A stretch of 52,850 nucleotides of DNA, taken from the IMG/VR virus record IMGVR_UViG_3300020198_000024, positions 1-52,850 of that record; one strand, given 5' to 3'. This stretch comes from a virus (lineage: Duplodnaviria > Caudoviricetes). Positions 38,161-46,927 of this stretch are shown in pieces. Under the pieces are notes generated by a model that saw only the letters and a list, made by a program, of their open reading frames with translations, was not told the DNA's origin and searched no databases. How positions within the stretch are numbered: the stretch's first letter is position 1; every line of letters begins with the position of its first letter. The position numbers were made by a program, and so were the translations under genes.

Positions 38161-38322
38161 TTACCAAGATGGGGCTGTTTGTTTGATCTTAAGAATAGCT
38201 TTCATTATTTCATCATTCGTCGGGGCTCTCTTAAATATATATTTAAACTTTTTAAGACATGAAACACAAATTTGATCAGTTTCACAAATAAGTTGAGAAC
38301 ATATAAAGCATGTCTTAATCAT
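38161..38322 (-). CDS. small Cys-rich protein
   Basis: CFIC..CVSC; start moved downstream of tRNA-Leu. Confidence 0.5.
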   Translation of the reverse strand: MIKTCFICSQLICETDQICVSCLKKFKYIFKRAPTNDEIMKAILKIKQTAPSW

Positions 38323-38351
38323 TAATATATTATATTGCCTTTCAAACATAA

Positions 38352-38436
38352 TGGTAGAGATGGAGAGGATCGAACTCTCACGCCTTTCGGCAGTGGTTTT
38401 TAAGACCACCCTGTATTCCTATTCCAGCACACCTCC
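38352..38436 (-). tRNA. tRNA-Leu(TAA)
   Basis: GTGGT-CTTAAAA-ACCAC, long variable arm, CCA. Confidence 0.92.
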
Positions 38437-38561
38437 ACTGGAATCTACAAAAAGATTCGAACTTCTAATAGCTGCTTAGTGAATAAGATAAGACTTAACT
38501 AGTCTTTCTTTCCACATTTACAATTACTGCATTTGCATCCCATATTAAAACCTCGATTTTT

Positions 38562-38638
38562 TGGTAGGCCCCGAAAGAGTTGAACTTTCGTCTTGATTTT
38601 ATAAGAATCCTGCTCTCACACCGTTGAGCTAGAGGCCC
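38562..38638 (-). tRNA. tRNA-Ile(TAT)
   Basis: Loop CT-TAT-AA; acceptor GGGCCTC/GGGGCCT; A73, CCA. Confidence 0.85.
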
Positions 38639-38722
38639 TTGAACCAATCATTAACTTACAATTATATAAACATCATCACTATTTTCATTATATTCCAGTT
38701 TACAATATAACATCAAAGAAAA

Positions 38723-38968
38723 TTACTGGCTAGATCCGTCACCTTTATCTTGTCCGTTCCCACCTCCGTTCTTACGTTCAGCAAACCAGTATCCTACCAT
38801 CATTGCAACTAAAGGGATGTAAACTTCAGTTCGTGGGGCTGTATCTGTAACGAAAAACACGCCGTATATGTAAGCTGCTGACAGAGAGAAAAATCCAACT
38901 AATGTCAATAAGCTTCGTAACGTCGTCGGGCTAAATAACTCCATTAAAGTGGCTAAGATCTTATGCAT
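38723..38968 (-). CDS. small two-TM membrane protein (holin-like)
   Basis: Two hydrophobic segments, GYWF, charged tail; strong AAGGAGGT RBS. Confidence 0.6.
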   Translation of the reverse strand: MHKILATLMELFSPTTLRSLLTLVGFFSLSAAYIYGVFFVTDTAPRTEVYIPLVAMMVGYWFAERKNGGGNGQDKGDGSSQ

Positions 38969-39023
38969 AGATTTGACTACCTCCTTTCTAAAAATGCTAA
39001 ATATAACTTAACTTTACTAATAT

Positions 39024-39539
39024 TTATTTAGCTTTTCTTACTTGATCAAAAATTTTATCGATTAAGTGACGATGAACTTGCTCCATTTCAATTGAAGAAA
39101 TACCATTAAGAATTGCTATAGTTTCAGCCGAGTAATTAGATTTAAACGGCTCATAAGCCCGGTTTAGATCAGAAACATTATTAAGGCGATCAGCAAGCTT
39201 AATAAGAAGAGCTTCAGGAGACATAAAAGACATCTTCTTAATGTAATATTCTACTCTACCATCGTCTACTTCAATCTTTGGCATATTCGTTACTTCCTTA
39301 ACAAAGGTTAAAACTGTGTTGCCAAAAATGTTTTTAATTTCATCTTCAGTAGTATTCGTATCCTCAAGGACATCATGAAGAAATGCTGCTGAAATCGTGT
39401 AATAATCATCAGTCAATGACGATACAAGAAGACCAACAGCTAACGGGTGAACAATATAGGGTCTACCACCAATTCTCTTTTGGCCACGATGCTTTTCTAA
39501 AACGAACTGAATTGCTTGTACGTAATCTTTTTCTTTCAT
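39024..39539 (-). CDS. HD-domain small alarmone ((p)ppGpp) hydrolase, SpoT/Mesh1-like
   Basis: HRGQKR..PYIVHP..LHDVLEDT..IKLADRLNN. Confidence 0.88.
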   Translation of the reverse strand: MKEKDYVQAIQFVLEKHRGQKRIGGRPYIVHPLAVGLLVSSLTDDYYTISAAFLHDVLEDTNTTEDEIKNIFGNTVLTFVKEVTNMPKIEVDDGRVEYYIKKMSFMSPEALLIKLADRLNNVSDLNRAYEPFKSNYSAETIAILNGISSIEMEQVHRHLIDKIFDQVRKAK

Positions 39540-39557
39540 TATCTCCCAATCATTTTA

Positions 39558-39633
39558 TGGACCCCCTGACGGGATTTGAACCCGCATATCCAATTACGAT
39601 TACTTGCTTAGAAGACAAGATCGATACAGGGGG
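39558..39633 (-). tRNA. atypical tRNA-like RNA, anticodon TCT (Arg), lacking a D-arm
   Basis: CCCCCTG/CAGGGGG acceptor + TCCA; CTTGT-CTTCTAA-GCAAG; intact T-arm; only 7 nt where the D-arm should be. Confidence 0.7.
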
Positions 39634-39653
39634 TTGATACATGCCACATATTG

Positions 39654-39727
39654 TACCCCCGGGAGGATTCAGACCTCCAACCTTATGGTTCAAATCCATT
39701 CGCTCTATTCTATTGAGCTACGAGGGT
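39654..39727 (-). tRNA. degenerate tRNA, TTG anticodon on an Arg-like body (possible pseudogene)
   Basis: Stems pair, but D-loop lacks GG, T-loop is TCTGAAT, no CCA; loop AT-TTG-AA. Confidence 0.55.
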
Positions 39728-39759
39728 ATTAAGCTCTTAAAACCATAAATTTAAGACTA

Positions 39760-39833
39760 TGGAGCACGCGAGGAGATTTGAACTCCTGAACTCTGCTTGG
39801 AAAACAGATATGTTGCCACTACATCACGCGTGC
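39760..39833 (-). tRNA. tRNA-Gly(TCC)
   Basis: TCTGT-TTTCCAA-GCAGA; U73, CCA. Confidence 0.93.
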
Positions 39834-39853
39834 ACATTCAATTATATTATAAA

Positions 39854-40240
39854 CTATTCGTTTGTTAGAACGACCTCATCATCTTTCTTCTTATTCTTGA
39901 GAGAAGCCTCAGAATTAAGTAATTCGACATGTTTTATAAATTTATCTGGAGTTAAGGATTTAACTCCGTTTAGCTTAATTTCTTTATTGTCAACCACTAT
40001 ATCGTCTTTAATAGCAAAATTTAAGAAGTTTTGTTTATCAGCCGGAACATGTCCGATATCTGGGAAAATAGTTCTACCCCATCCCCTAGAATAATTTTTA
40101 CCTTTATCAGACCAGAGAATTAAAGCTTCAGCCTCTACACGTAAAGACTGCTTAATTGCTTCAATTAGTGGTTGATTTAAATCATATTTAGTTTCCCCGT
40201 CCCAAAGAACTAGAGTTTCTATATCTATAAATAATCTCAA
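39854..40240 (-). CDS. HAD-fold-like hypothetical protein
   Basis: LFIDIETLV, ILWS, IVVDN resemble HAD motifs I/II/IV (degenerate). Confidence 0.55.
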   Translation of the reverse strand: MRLFIDIETLVLWDGETKYDLNQPLIEAIKQSLRVEAEALILWSDKGKNYSRGWGRTIFPDIGHVPADKQNFLNFAIKDDIVVDNKEIKLNGVKSLTPDKFIKHVELLNSEASLKNKKKDDEVVLTNE

Positions 40241-40295
40241 AATAATCTCTCCTTGATTTATTTGTGGTTAATCGAGATCCGATCTCTTTAAAAGA

Positions 40296-40631
40296 TTAAT
40301 TTTTCTTTTCTGTTAAATTAAAAGTAATTCTGACAATCTGTATAGATAGTAAAATAAACCACCATAACATAATTGATCTTGCCATATTAATTTGAGGAAT
40401 AAAAGATAGCTTGTTAGCTATAAAGTAAAAACAAAGACCAAGTGGAGTACCGCACAATAAAATACTCCAAGTAATTTCAGAAATTTTTCGACAGAATTTA
40501 TATTGTTTTTGTGGTTCTTGCGGTTTTTGCAATTTTTGTGGTTCTTGCGGTTTTTGTGGTCTTTTCGGTCTTTGTGATTTTTGTGGTCTTTTCGGTCTTT
40601 GTGATTTTTGTGGTGGTATATTAGTAGTCAT
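40296..40631 (-). CDS. membrane protein with PQK-repeat N-terminus
   Basis: PQKSQRPKR/PQKPQE repeats then two TM segments; AAAAGGA RBS. Confidence 0.7.
   Translation of the reverse strand: MTTNIPPQKSQRPKRPQKSQRPKRPQKPQEPQKLQKPQEPQKQYKFCRKISEITWSILLCGTPLGLCFYFIANKLSFIPQINMARSIMLWWFILLSIQIVRITFNLTEKKN
40506..40613. repeat. coding tandem repeat (9/27-nt periodicity)
   Basis: tttttgtggtcttttcggtctttgtga x2 and tttttgtggttcttgcgg x2. Confidence 0.9.
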
Positions 40632-40655
40632 TTTAAATCCTTTTCTTTATAAGTG

Positions 40656-40747
40656 TATCGAGGCAGGATTCCCCACTCTGCTCCATTTGGGGAGTTTCAC
40701 CCCCTCAAATCTCTTACCAGACTACCCGTATCGATAGTCCCTCGATA
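40656..40747 (-). ncRNA. unassigned multi-stem RNA candidate
   Basis: TATCGAGG/CCTCGATA closing stem with three internal hairpins; GC-rich intergenic island. Confidence 0.5.
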
Positions 40748-40756
40748 TCTATAAAT

Positions 40757-40900
40757 GAAGGGTGAACCCCACGCCCTTCTTGTTACCATTTAACCGGACC
40801 CAACTATTAAAATAATTGGGTGAATTATACCGGTTTATCTCATGTCTGGGAACTCGCGATGCTCGCCATCCGCAATGATTGTCAATTCAATCCAGGTAAC
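40757..40900 (-). ncRNA. unassigned multi-stem RNA candidate
   Basis: GTTACC/GGTAAC, AACCGG/CCGGTT, ACCCAATTATT/AATAGTTGGGT, GATTG/CAATC, GAAGGG/CCCTTC. Confidence 0.5.
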
Positions 40901-40916
40901 CTTCCAATAATTTTAT

Positions 40917-40991
40917 TGGTACACCCGACGGGAGTCGAACCCGCACCTTGCTGATTAAAAGTCAGCTGCTCTGCCTTCGAGCTACGGGTGC
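40917..40991 (-). tRNA. tRNA-Lys(TTT)
   Basis: GCTGA-CTTTTAA-TCAGC; CCA. Confidence 0.93.
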
Positions 40992-41017
40992 ATTAATGCA
41001 TTATATCAAACTTTCTA

Positions 41018-41557
41018 TTAATTAACATCCACTTTCTTTTCTAAAGATTCTCCTCTTCTCTTTGCTAACTTATGATCTGGACCAGTCCAATATATCGTAA
41101 CACCTGTTTTTTCTATGTGCCAAGAATGATCCCAACGATGAGAAGTTTTCTTTAGACATTGTATTCTCTGAGAACCAAAAATAAGAACACAACCACAGTA
41201 TTTAGGTTTTTGTTCTATATATAATGGACAACTTTTTTGATGTGCCTTCCTGACTTTTTTCAATCCAAGATTATTGCATTTGCAATTTGGATCATGCGGA
41301 ACTTGATCATACTCTTTTTTGCTCCAAGGACGTTGAGTACAGAGGCAAAATGGATGCTCACATTTTCTGTCTTCCATAACGTCTTTAAAAACATGATTAT
41401 GCTTACACTTGTAACAATAAGGAATAAATTGATCTTGACCAAGTTTAAAATCAGACTCTCTCATTGCATTTATGAGAATTCGATTTGGCCAAACTTTATT
41501 CGTCATTCGCCTCGTTTTCTTCTTCTTGTTTATGTTTACGTCTTGGTTTATCTTCAC
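41018..41557 (-). CDS. basic Cys/His-rich hypothetical protein
   Basis: Multiple CxC/CxH clusters; start probably MTNK. Confidence 0.65.
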   Translation of the reverse strand: MKINQDVNINKKKKTRRMTNKVWPNRILINAMRESDFKLGQDQFIPYCYKCKHNHVFKDVMEDRKCEHPFCLCTQRPWSKKEYDQVPHDPNCKCNNLGLKKVRKAHQKSCPLYIEQKPKYCGCVLIFGSQRIQCLKKTSHRWDHSWHIEKTGVTIYWTGPDHKLAKRRGESLEKKVDVN

Positions 41558-41729
41558 CTATTTGTTTACTTATATCTTTGATTTCTTTTTTCAAGAATTC
41601 TGTCAAAGACAGGGCTTCATTTTCTGGAAGTTTTCTTTTAAAGTCTTTCAATATCCATAAATAAATATCGTCAGTAACTGAATCACGGACTGACTGTAGA
41701 AGTAGCTTCATGGTTTCTTGAGACACCAC
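41496..41729 (-). CDS. hypothetical protein
   Basis: Co-oriented ORF. Confidence 0.55.
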   Translation of the reverse strand: MVSQETMKLLLQSVRDSVTDDIYLWILKDFKRKLPENEALSLTEFLKKEIKDISKQIGEDKPRRKHKQEEENEANDE

Positions 41730-42027
41730 CTTTTATTGCCTCCTCTATGCTTAAAATAACTGATAGTAAATTCTCATATATTTGCTTTTCAGTCATAGTC
41801 GTGTTCGATTCTAATTTCATATTAATATAATTTTTAACTTCATCTAACTTTTCAACATTAACGTTGGATAAATCTTTTTTCACATTTGAGATAATAAAAT
41901 TAAGACCGTGAGGACAAATAATTTTAAATTCGCCAGTCGGAATCAACTTCCAACCGACCCCACTAAATGGATCAACAAAGAGGCAAACACAGCCATCATT
42001 AAGAGTCGCAGTCAAAAAAGATTTCAT
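41683..42027 (-). CDS. hypothetical protein
   Basis: ORF with AAAGGA RBS. Confidence 0.65.
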   Translation of the reverse strand: MKSFLTATLNDGCVCLFVDPFSGVGWKLIPTGEFKIICPHGLNFIISNVKKDLSNVNVEKLDEVKNYINMKLESNTTMTEKQIYENLLSVILSIEEAIKGGVSRNHEATSTVSP

Positions 42028-42078
42028 AAATTCCTTTCATATTAAAGTTGTCTATCTATCATTTCATGATATGTATAT

Positions 42079-42153
42079 TGGAGCCACCGACTGGATTTGA
42101 ACCAGTGACCTGCTCATTACAAATGAGCTACTCTACCACTGAGTTACGGCGGC
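42079..42153 (-). tRNA. tRNA-Thr(TGT)
   Basis: GCTCA-TTTGTAA-TGAGC; CCA. Confidence 0.93.
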
Positions 42154-42197
42154 AATAACATTTCTTATTGTATAGAAAGCCAGTCTTATTGATTATA

Positions 42198-42701
42198 TCA
42201 TCTTTCTTGAAAATCAGTAAACAGTTTCTTGTAAATCAATTTCTTTTCTTTCTGACGGTTAGCTACAATAAGTTTTCTTCTCAAAGCTTCGAAGTAACAC
42301 GGACGCCCACAAAAGAAATTATTATATCCCCTTTTCTTAAAAACTTTAACCCTAGTGGTCTTCTTCTTAAAAATTTTGGAGCAGATTGGGCATGTAAAAA
42401 AGACAAACAAAGCTAAATCTTTACATTTATCATCACAATAACGTTGAAACTTTATTCGATCTTGTGGAAGATGAGATTTACAGTATTTACAGAATACGAT
42501 TTTCTTCTTTTTCTTTCTAATCTTTCTTGGTAATGGTGCTAAACGAGTTGAAACTCCGGAGTCTTTAAGAACCTTAAGAACCCAAGTATGATCGACTCCA
42601 AATAAATGTCCTAACCTTCTTGAAGAAAACCATGGGAATTCAATTTTTGACTTTACGATCTTTTCTTTGAGTTTTCTTGCTTGGAATCTTGATCTTCTCA
42701 T
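42198..42701 (-). CDS. basic HTH + zinc-finger DNA-binding protein
   Basis: SSRRLGHLFGVDHTWV HTH; CKYC..CDDKC; CPIC..FCGRPC. Confidence 0.7.
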   Translation of the reverse strand: MRRSRFQARKLKEKIVKSKIEFPWFSSRRLGHLFGVDHTWVLKVLKDSGVSTRLAPLPRKIRKKKKKIVFCKYCKSHLPQDRIKFQRYCDDKCKDLALFVFFTCPICSKIFKKKTTRVKVFKKRGYNNFFCGRPCYFEALRRKLIVANRQKEKKLIYKKLFTDFQER

Positions 42702-43008
42702 TTAGTAATTCTTTTCTACAGTCTTGTTCAGCCTTATAAGCTCTTTTTTCAAAAGGATGTTCATTATATTTTTTAAAAATCTTTAAAATCAGATAAGTAA
42801 CATACCACGGTATAACTCCCCATCGAAGAGCTTCATACCAATGAAAGTGTTCATGAATTTTAATACATTTATCATTTTTGTAATATTCATTTTTATAGAA
42901 GATAAATGGCCATAGTGTTATAGCCCCAAAATTGCCGGGAACAATACGAGAATTAATTATTTCAATTGGTTTCATATAATTTCCTCCGAAATTTCTTACT
43001 AATCCCAA
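42640..43008 (-). CDS. small HExxH metallopeptidase-like protein
   Basis: AITLWPFIF, HEHFH, PFEKRAY; start probably MKPI. Confidence 0.65.
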   Translation of the reverse strand: MGLVRNFGGNYMKPIEIINSRIVPGNFGAITLWPFIFYKNEYYKNDKCIKIHEHFHWYEALRWGVIPWYVTYLILKIFKKYNEHPFEKRAYKAEQDCRKELLNEKIKIPSKKTQRKDRKVKN

Positions 43009-46000
43009 TACGGGACTTTCCTGGTAGCTCCTGAAATGTCAATTGACCACCAACCGGATGGTCGAACAAAGACATCACCACCACCGTCTATTTCTGGAGC
43101 ATTCGTGGTACCAGGACGTAGTTTTGTACCCCAAGTACCAAGATCAAGAATACTACTATTAAGAGTAGCAATAGTTTGTCCATTGACTCGGAAACGGTGG
43201 AGTTTGCTATTAGCAACGTTAAAAACCATGTCTCCAGACGAGACCCCACTATCTCTCAGGATATACCACGATGAACCGCTAGGCGTATAATGATCAGTAT
43301 CTGCTTGATATGGAACTCGAGAATAGAACCCACCTCCTTGGGCGTAAAAAGATATCACACCTCCATGAGAGACAATAAAATTTTCAGCAGTAGGAGTATT
43401 AATATATAAATCAGACGAGGAATCAATATGCATGTAATATGTTGAGGGGGTCGGATAGCTAGTGGAATAAGAGTTCTGAAAGATTAATGAATTAATTCCA
43501 TTTAAAGTTATTGATGTGCCTGATATGTTCATCGACTCCAAATAAGAGCCGGACACGAGAACACCATATCCCGACTTAAATTTAAGAGACGCGCCAGGAG
43601 CAACTTGGACTACTAAAGCTGCAGCATCTCTACCAATTCCATATAAGGAAACCGGAATAGTACTATAGTAGGGAAACTCAATGCCCTCTCCGAGGCGGAG
43701 AGTTGTTTGTTCATTCTCTTTAATATTAAACCACTTCGTATCAGAAAGATTAATGGAGATATCGTCAGAAATAGCTTGACTTGAATACACATTCGTTGTA
43801 TAAACAGAGTTAGAATACAGCTCCTTCCAGACATACCTATTTAGGCCTCCATTACCTAATTGTCCAAGATTATAAGTATTATCTGCTGAAGGTAATGCCG
43901 ATGCAGTGAAGGTGGCTGAGTTACCGCCGAATGTAGAAAGACGTAGTATGGTTGTACCACTAGTAGAACCAAAGTACAAGTCGCCAGAACTGAGGGCATA
44001 AATACCATCAATGTACAGTGCGTTGCTATGAAACTTCGCAACGACACTAAGGGCTCTAACGATATAGAGACTTGCGGCGCTATTACCAACGGTAATGTTT
44101 AGATCGTTTCCTGTACGAGTAATTGCGCAATCACTGCCAATGGGCTTAAGCACAGATGTAGCACCAGTAAATCGTAAGTAGCCACTTGCGGCTTCCGAGC
44201 CACTATTTACTGAATTGTCAATAGAGATTCCAGTAGAAGATATTGTAACAGCACCACCACCACCATAAAATTTACCGTCTGAAGATCTTAACTCAGTTTG
44301 AAGATTTCCTCCATTATATCCAGCAATATGGTCACCATCAAGAGTAAATCCAGTAAATCCAGTAAAATTTCCCGAAGGCACAATCTCACTGTTGTCAATA
44401 AACTTTTTTGCGGTTGAGGGAAGTTTAATTGCTCCGGCTGTTATTTTTCCAAGATCTGCAGAAAAAGCAGAAAGTTGATTAGTCATAATAGTCGAGGCTG
44501 TAAGTTGTGGACCAGTTATGCCTACTACTACAACATCAGTTTTTCCAGTCGTATAATTGCATTTAGCGGTTGCGAAAATATGAATACTGCTTCCAAGTGC
44601 AGACGTATAACTATTAGTAACACCAATATTTGAACTACCCTTTGTTATATATATCCAATGAATATCATTAGCGTTAGTTGCTAGAGAGACTGAATTTCCA
44701 GTACTGGGGGAAGTTAACGTTTGTGTTGAACCGTCTGAAAATCTTGCTGTTGTACTATTCCATATAATTTGATCTGGAGAATCAACTGAAGCCCCACTAC
44801 TATGAGCAGCCGCCGTTGTCAGGCTGTTGTATCCTCTACTACATCCAGTAAAAGATACGCCAGTTTTACCTGTATATACAATTCTTTCTGCATCAATAAA
44901 GATTGTTCCAGAAGATGGAAATTCAGCAGTAGAACTTACTGCTATTGTAGTTGCACCACTAGTAATAGCGCTCGTAAGAGTAGTAGATGGAGCTCTTAAA
45001 TTAACAACTGAATCAAATTGAAGAAATTGGGAATTGCTTGGTATTCCACCAATTGCTGATGGAGCTTGAGCTTGACCTTCTTGTGCTATATTTAACGTAT
45101 GTTGCAGTGGATCAACAAGAATCGAGCGTCCTTGGAATGCACCAACAACTTTTATTTTGGATCCAAATGAACCCGGACTTTCATTGTAACTAATTTCAGT
45201 AACAACCATATCAGTATTGTTAACACTTGAAACATAAGAATTTTTAATTCTAATAGAATTCCCGGTTCTTATAAGTGTATAAGCCCCATTATAATAAAAG
45301 TATGGCCACTTATCGATACTAAAGTCTCCACGAATTATAGAAGCACCTTCTTTTTTTAGTACTTCAGCTACTATAGCTTGAGCTTCCGTTTCACTCGTAA
45401 CGTGGTATTTTGTTAATACTTTTTCATTATCCTGACCCAGTGTTTGTCTTGGCACAGCGTCTAAAGTTGCTGTGGCATTACTCGTTGCCCCCTGAATCGT
45501 CTGGTTAGTAGTTAGAATGTTTGACTTCCATGTAACAATCAAAAAACCATCTCCAACATATTCAATTGTTGTGCCGGAAGGTATACCGGCCGCTGCGCCG
45601 GTAAGAGATTCTCCAACTTGGAACGTGCCATTATGATTCGAAGTATCTAGAAGATGAACAATTTTAGTTTTGGGCTCTCCGTTTGAAGTTTCATATTCAA
45701 GTCTAACTTTTGTTATAATTTCTTTTCCAGAAGTCTTAAATGAATAATCTGGGAACATTGCTTTTACTTGATTTGTATCTGTAGCTAATCCATATTCAAT
45801 TGTTAAACCCTGCCCATAAGTTGGTTTTGATGCACGCTTAAAGTAGTTCATCTTTGGAGTTGGTATATTTCCATTAAAAACTGGTTCAAGATAATAATCA
45901 TATCCAAAGTTATTTACAACAGTGTTCTCCTGTGGATCCTCTTGAGCAAGTTGAAATATCGTACTCAAAGCTGATTGAACCGTTTTAGAATAATCAATAC

Positions 46001-46502
46001 TAAGCACACCAGAAGCTTCTGTTTTAGTAGAATTTGCAAATCTAGTCGAATCAGTTGTATCAATATTTATAATTGTTCCATCACTATAAGAATGATCCGC
46101 AACTATTTGTTTGATTAACGCACTTCTTGTAGTAAAAGTATAACCCGCACTTGTGGTGTAGTCTTTATCGTTAATTCGACTATTTAGTTCATGAAAATTA
46201 TCTCGAGCCCTAATTATAAGAATCTGACCAAATTGATCATCAAGCATTGGTTCAGTAGATATAATCTTACCGTAAAATAATATTTTTGCCGTGTTATTTT
46301 CAATAATTCTAACCCTTTGAAAAGTATTAGACGAATATGTACTTTCTTTAGTAGAAAGAGCATTGGCTATGCAGATTTCAGCAGACATTGGAAGTCCAAG
46401 CTTATCATTAACAATAATCCAAAACGTGTCCTCGTCTGTGTTCCACGCACTGTCGATATCAAATCCACTGTCTTGATATTGAAAAGTCATCATTGATGCC
46501 AT
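42999..46502 (-). CDS. tail tip/hub protein fused to fibre/receptor-binding region
   Basis: Position after TMP and Dit; hub-like N-terminus (LFYGKI); LSAFSADLGKITAG fibre motif; G/S/T-rich beta C-terminus. Confidence 0.75.
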   Translation of the reverse strand: MASMMTFQYQDSGFDIDSAWNTDEDTFWIIVNDKLGLPMSAEICIANALSTKESTYSSNTFQRVRIIENNTAKILFYGKIISTEPMLDDQFGQILIIRARDNFHELNSRINDKDYTTSAGYTFTTRSALIKQIVADHSYSDGTIINIDTTDSTRFANSTKTEASGVLSIDYSKTVQSALSTIFQLAQEDPQENTVVNNFGYDYYLEPVFNGNIPTPKMNYFKRASKPTYGQGLTIEYGLATDTNQVKAMFPDYSFKTSGKEIITKVRLEYETSNGEPKTKIVHLLDTSNHNGTFQVGESLTGAAAGIPSGTTIEYVGDGFLIVTWKSNILTTNQTIQGATSNATATLDAVPRQTLGQDNEKVLTKYHVTSETEAQAIVAEVLKKEGASIIRGDFSIDKWPYFYYNGAYTLIRTGNSIRIKNSYVSSVNNTDMVVTEISYNESPGSFGSKIKVVGAFQGRSILVDPLQHTLNIAQEGQAQAPSAIGGIPSNSQFLQFDSVVNLRAPSTTLTSAITSGATTIAVSSTAEFPSSGTIFIDAERIVYTGKTGVSFTGCSRGYNSLTTAAAHSSGASVDSPDQIIWNSTTARFSDGSTQTLTSPSTGNSVSLATNANDIHWIYITKGSSNIGVTNSYTSALGSSIHIFATAKCNYTTGKTDVVVVGITGPQLTASTIMTNQLSAFSADLGKITAGAIKLPSTAKKFIDNSEIVPSGNFTGFTGFTLDGDHIAGYNGGNLQTELRSSDGKFYGGGGAVTISSTGISIDNSVNSGSEAASGYLRFTGATSVLKPIGSDCAITRTGNDLNITVGNSAASLYIVRALSVVAKFHSNALYIDGIYALSSGDLYFGSTSGTTILRLSTFGGNSATFTASALPSADNTYNLGQLGNGGLNRYVWKELYSNSVYTTNVYSSQAISDDISINLSDTKWFNIKENEQTTLRLGEGIEFPYYSTIPVSLYGIGRDAAALVVQVAPGASLKFKSGYGVLVSGSYLESMNISGTSITLNGINSLIFQNSYSTSYPTPSTYYMHIDSSSDLYINTPTAENFIVSHGGVISFYAQGGGFYSRVPYQADTDHYTPSGSSWYILRDSGVSSGDMVFNVANSKLHRFRVNGQTIATLNSSILDLGTWGTKLRPGTTNAPEIDGGGDVFVRPSGWWSIDISGATRKVPYWD

Positions 46503-46506
46503 ATTA

Positions 46507-46905
46507 TTACTTTCTCTTTCCGGCCAAAAAATTCATGCTGTAAGACCAAAAATGCTCTGTTGCTGCACTAACTTCAAATCTTGCACTTTTAATCCTAACA
46601 GCATAGCGATCTCCATTAACTGTTATTTCTAAGGTATCGTTCCACCAGTCAATAATTTTGTCTTCAAGATTTTCTTTTGAAGGAATAGTGACTCCTCCGT
46701 CGGATGAAGAAGTTTCATCTATAATTCCAGAAACTGAAATAGTCCCCGAGAAAGAACCAAAATCCATAAATATTGGATCACGTCCACCTGGCACAGGAAT
46801 AGCAGAAGGCCCTCTGTCGTAAGCAATAGTTGCAGATTCAGCTTGAAGATGATATGTAGTCACATCTGCACCAGAACTGGCTAATTTTATGCTAAGTACT
46901 GACAT
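46507..46905 (-). CDS. distal tail / minor tail protein
   Basis: Beta-rich small ORF just after TMP; IPVPG, ISVSG. Confidence 0.55.
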   Translation of the reverse strand: MSVLSIKLASSGADVTTYHLQAESATIAYDRGPSAIPVPGGRDPIFMDFGSFSGTISVSGIIDETSSSDGGVTIPSKENLEDKIIDWWNDTLEITVNGDRYAVRIKSARFEVSAATEHFWSYSMNFLAGKRK

Positions 46906-46927
46906 AATAATACCTCTCTAACTGTAT

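Noticed and set aside
38439-38515. tRNA remnant (GAAG-TTCGAAT-CTTT..TCCA on minus strand)
   Set aside because: Only a T-arm-like piece and CCA; no pairing acceptor or anticodon arm could be built.
39383-40094. Plus-strand ORFs 39383..39637 and 39759..40094, and the 5' part of 38161..38409
   Set aside because: They overlap tRNA genes and are translations of tRNA sequence.
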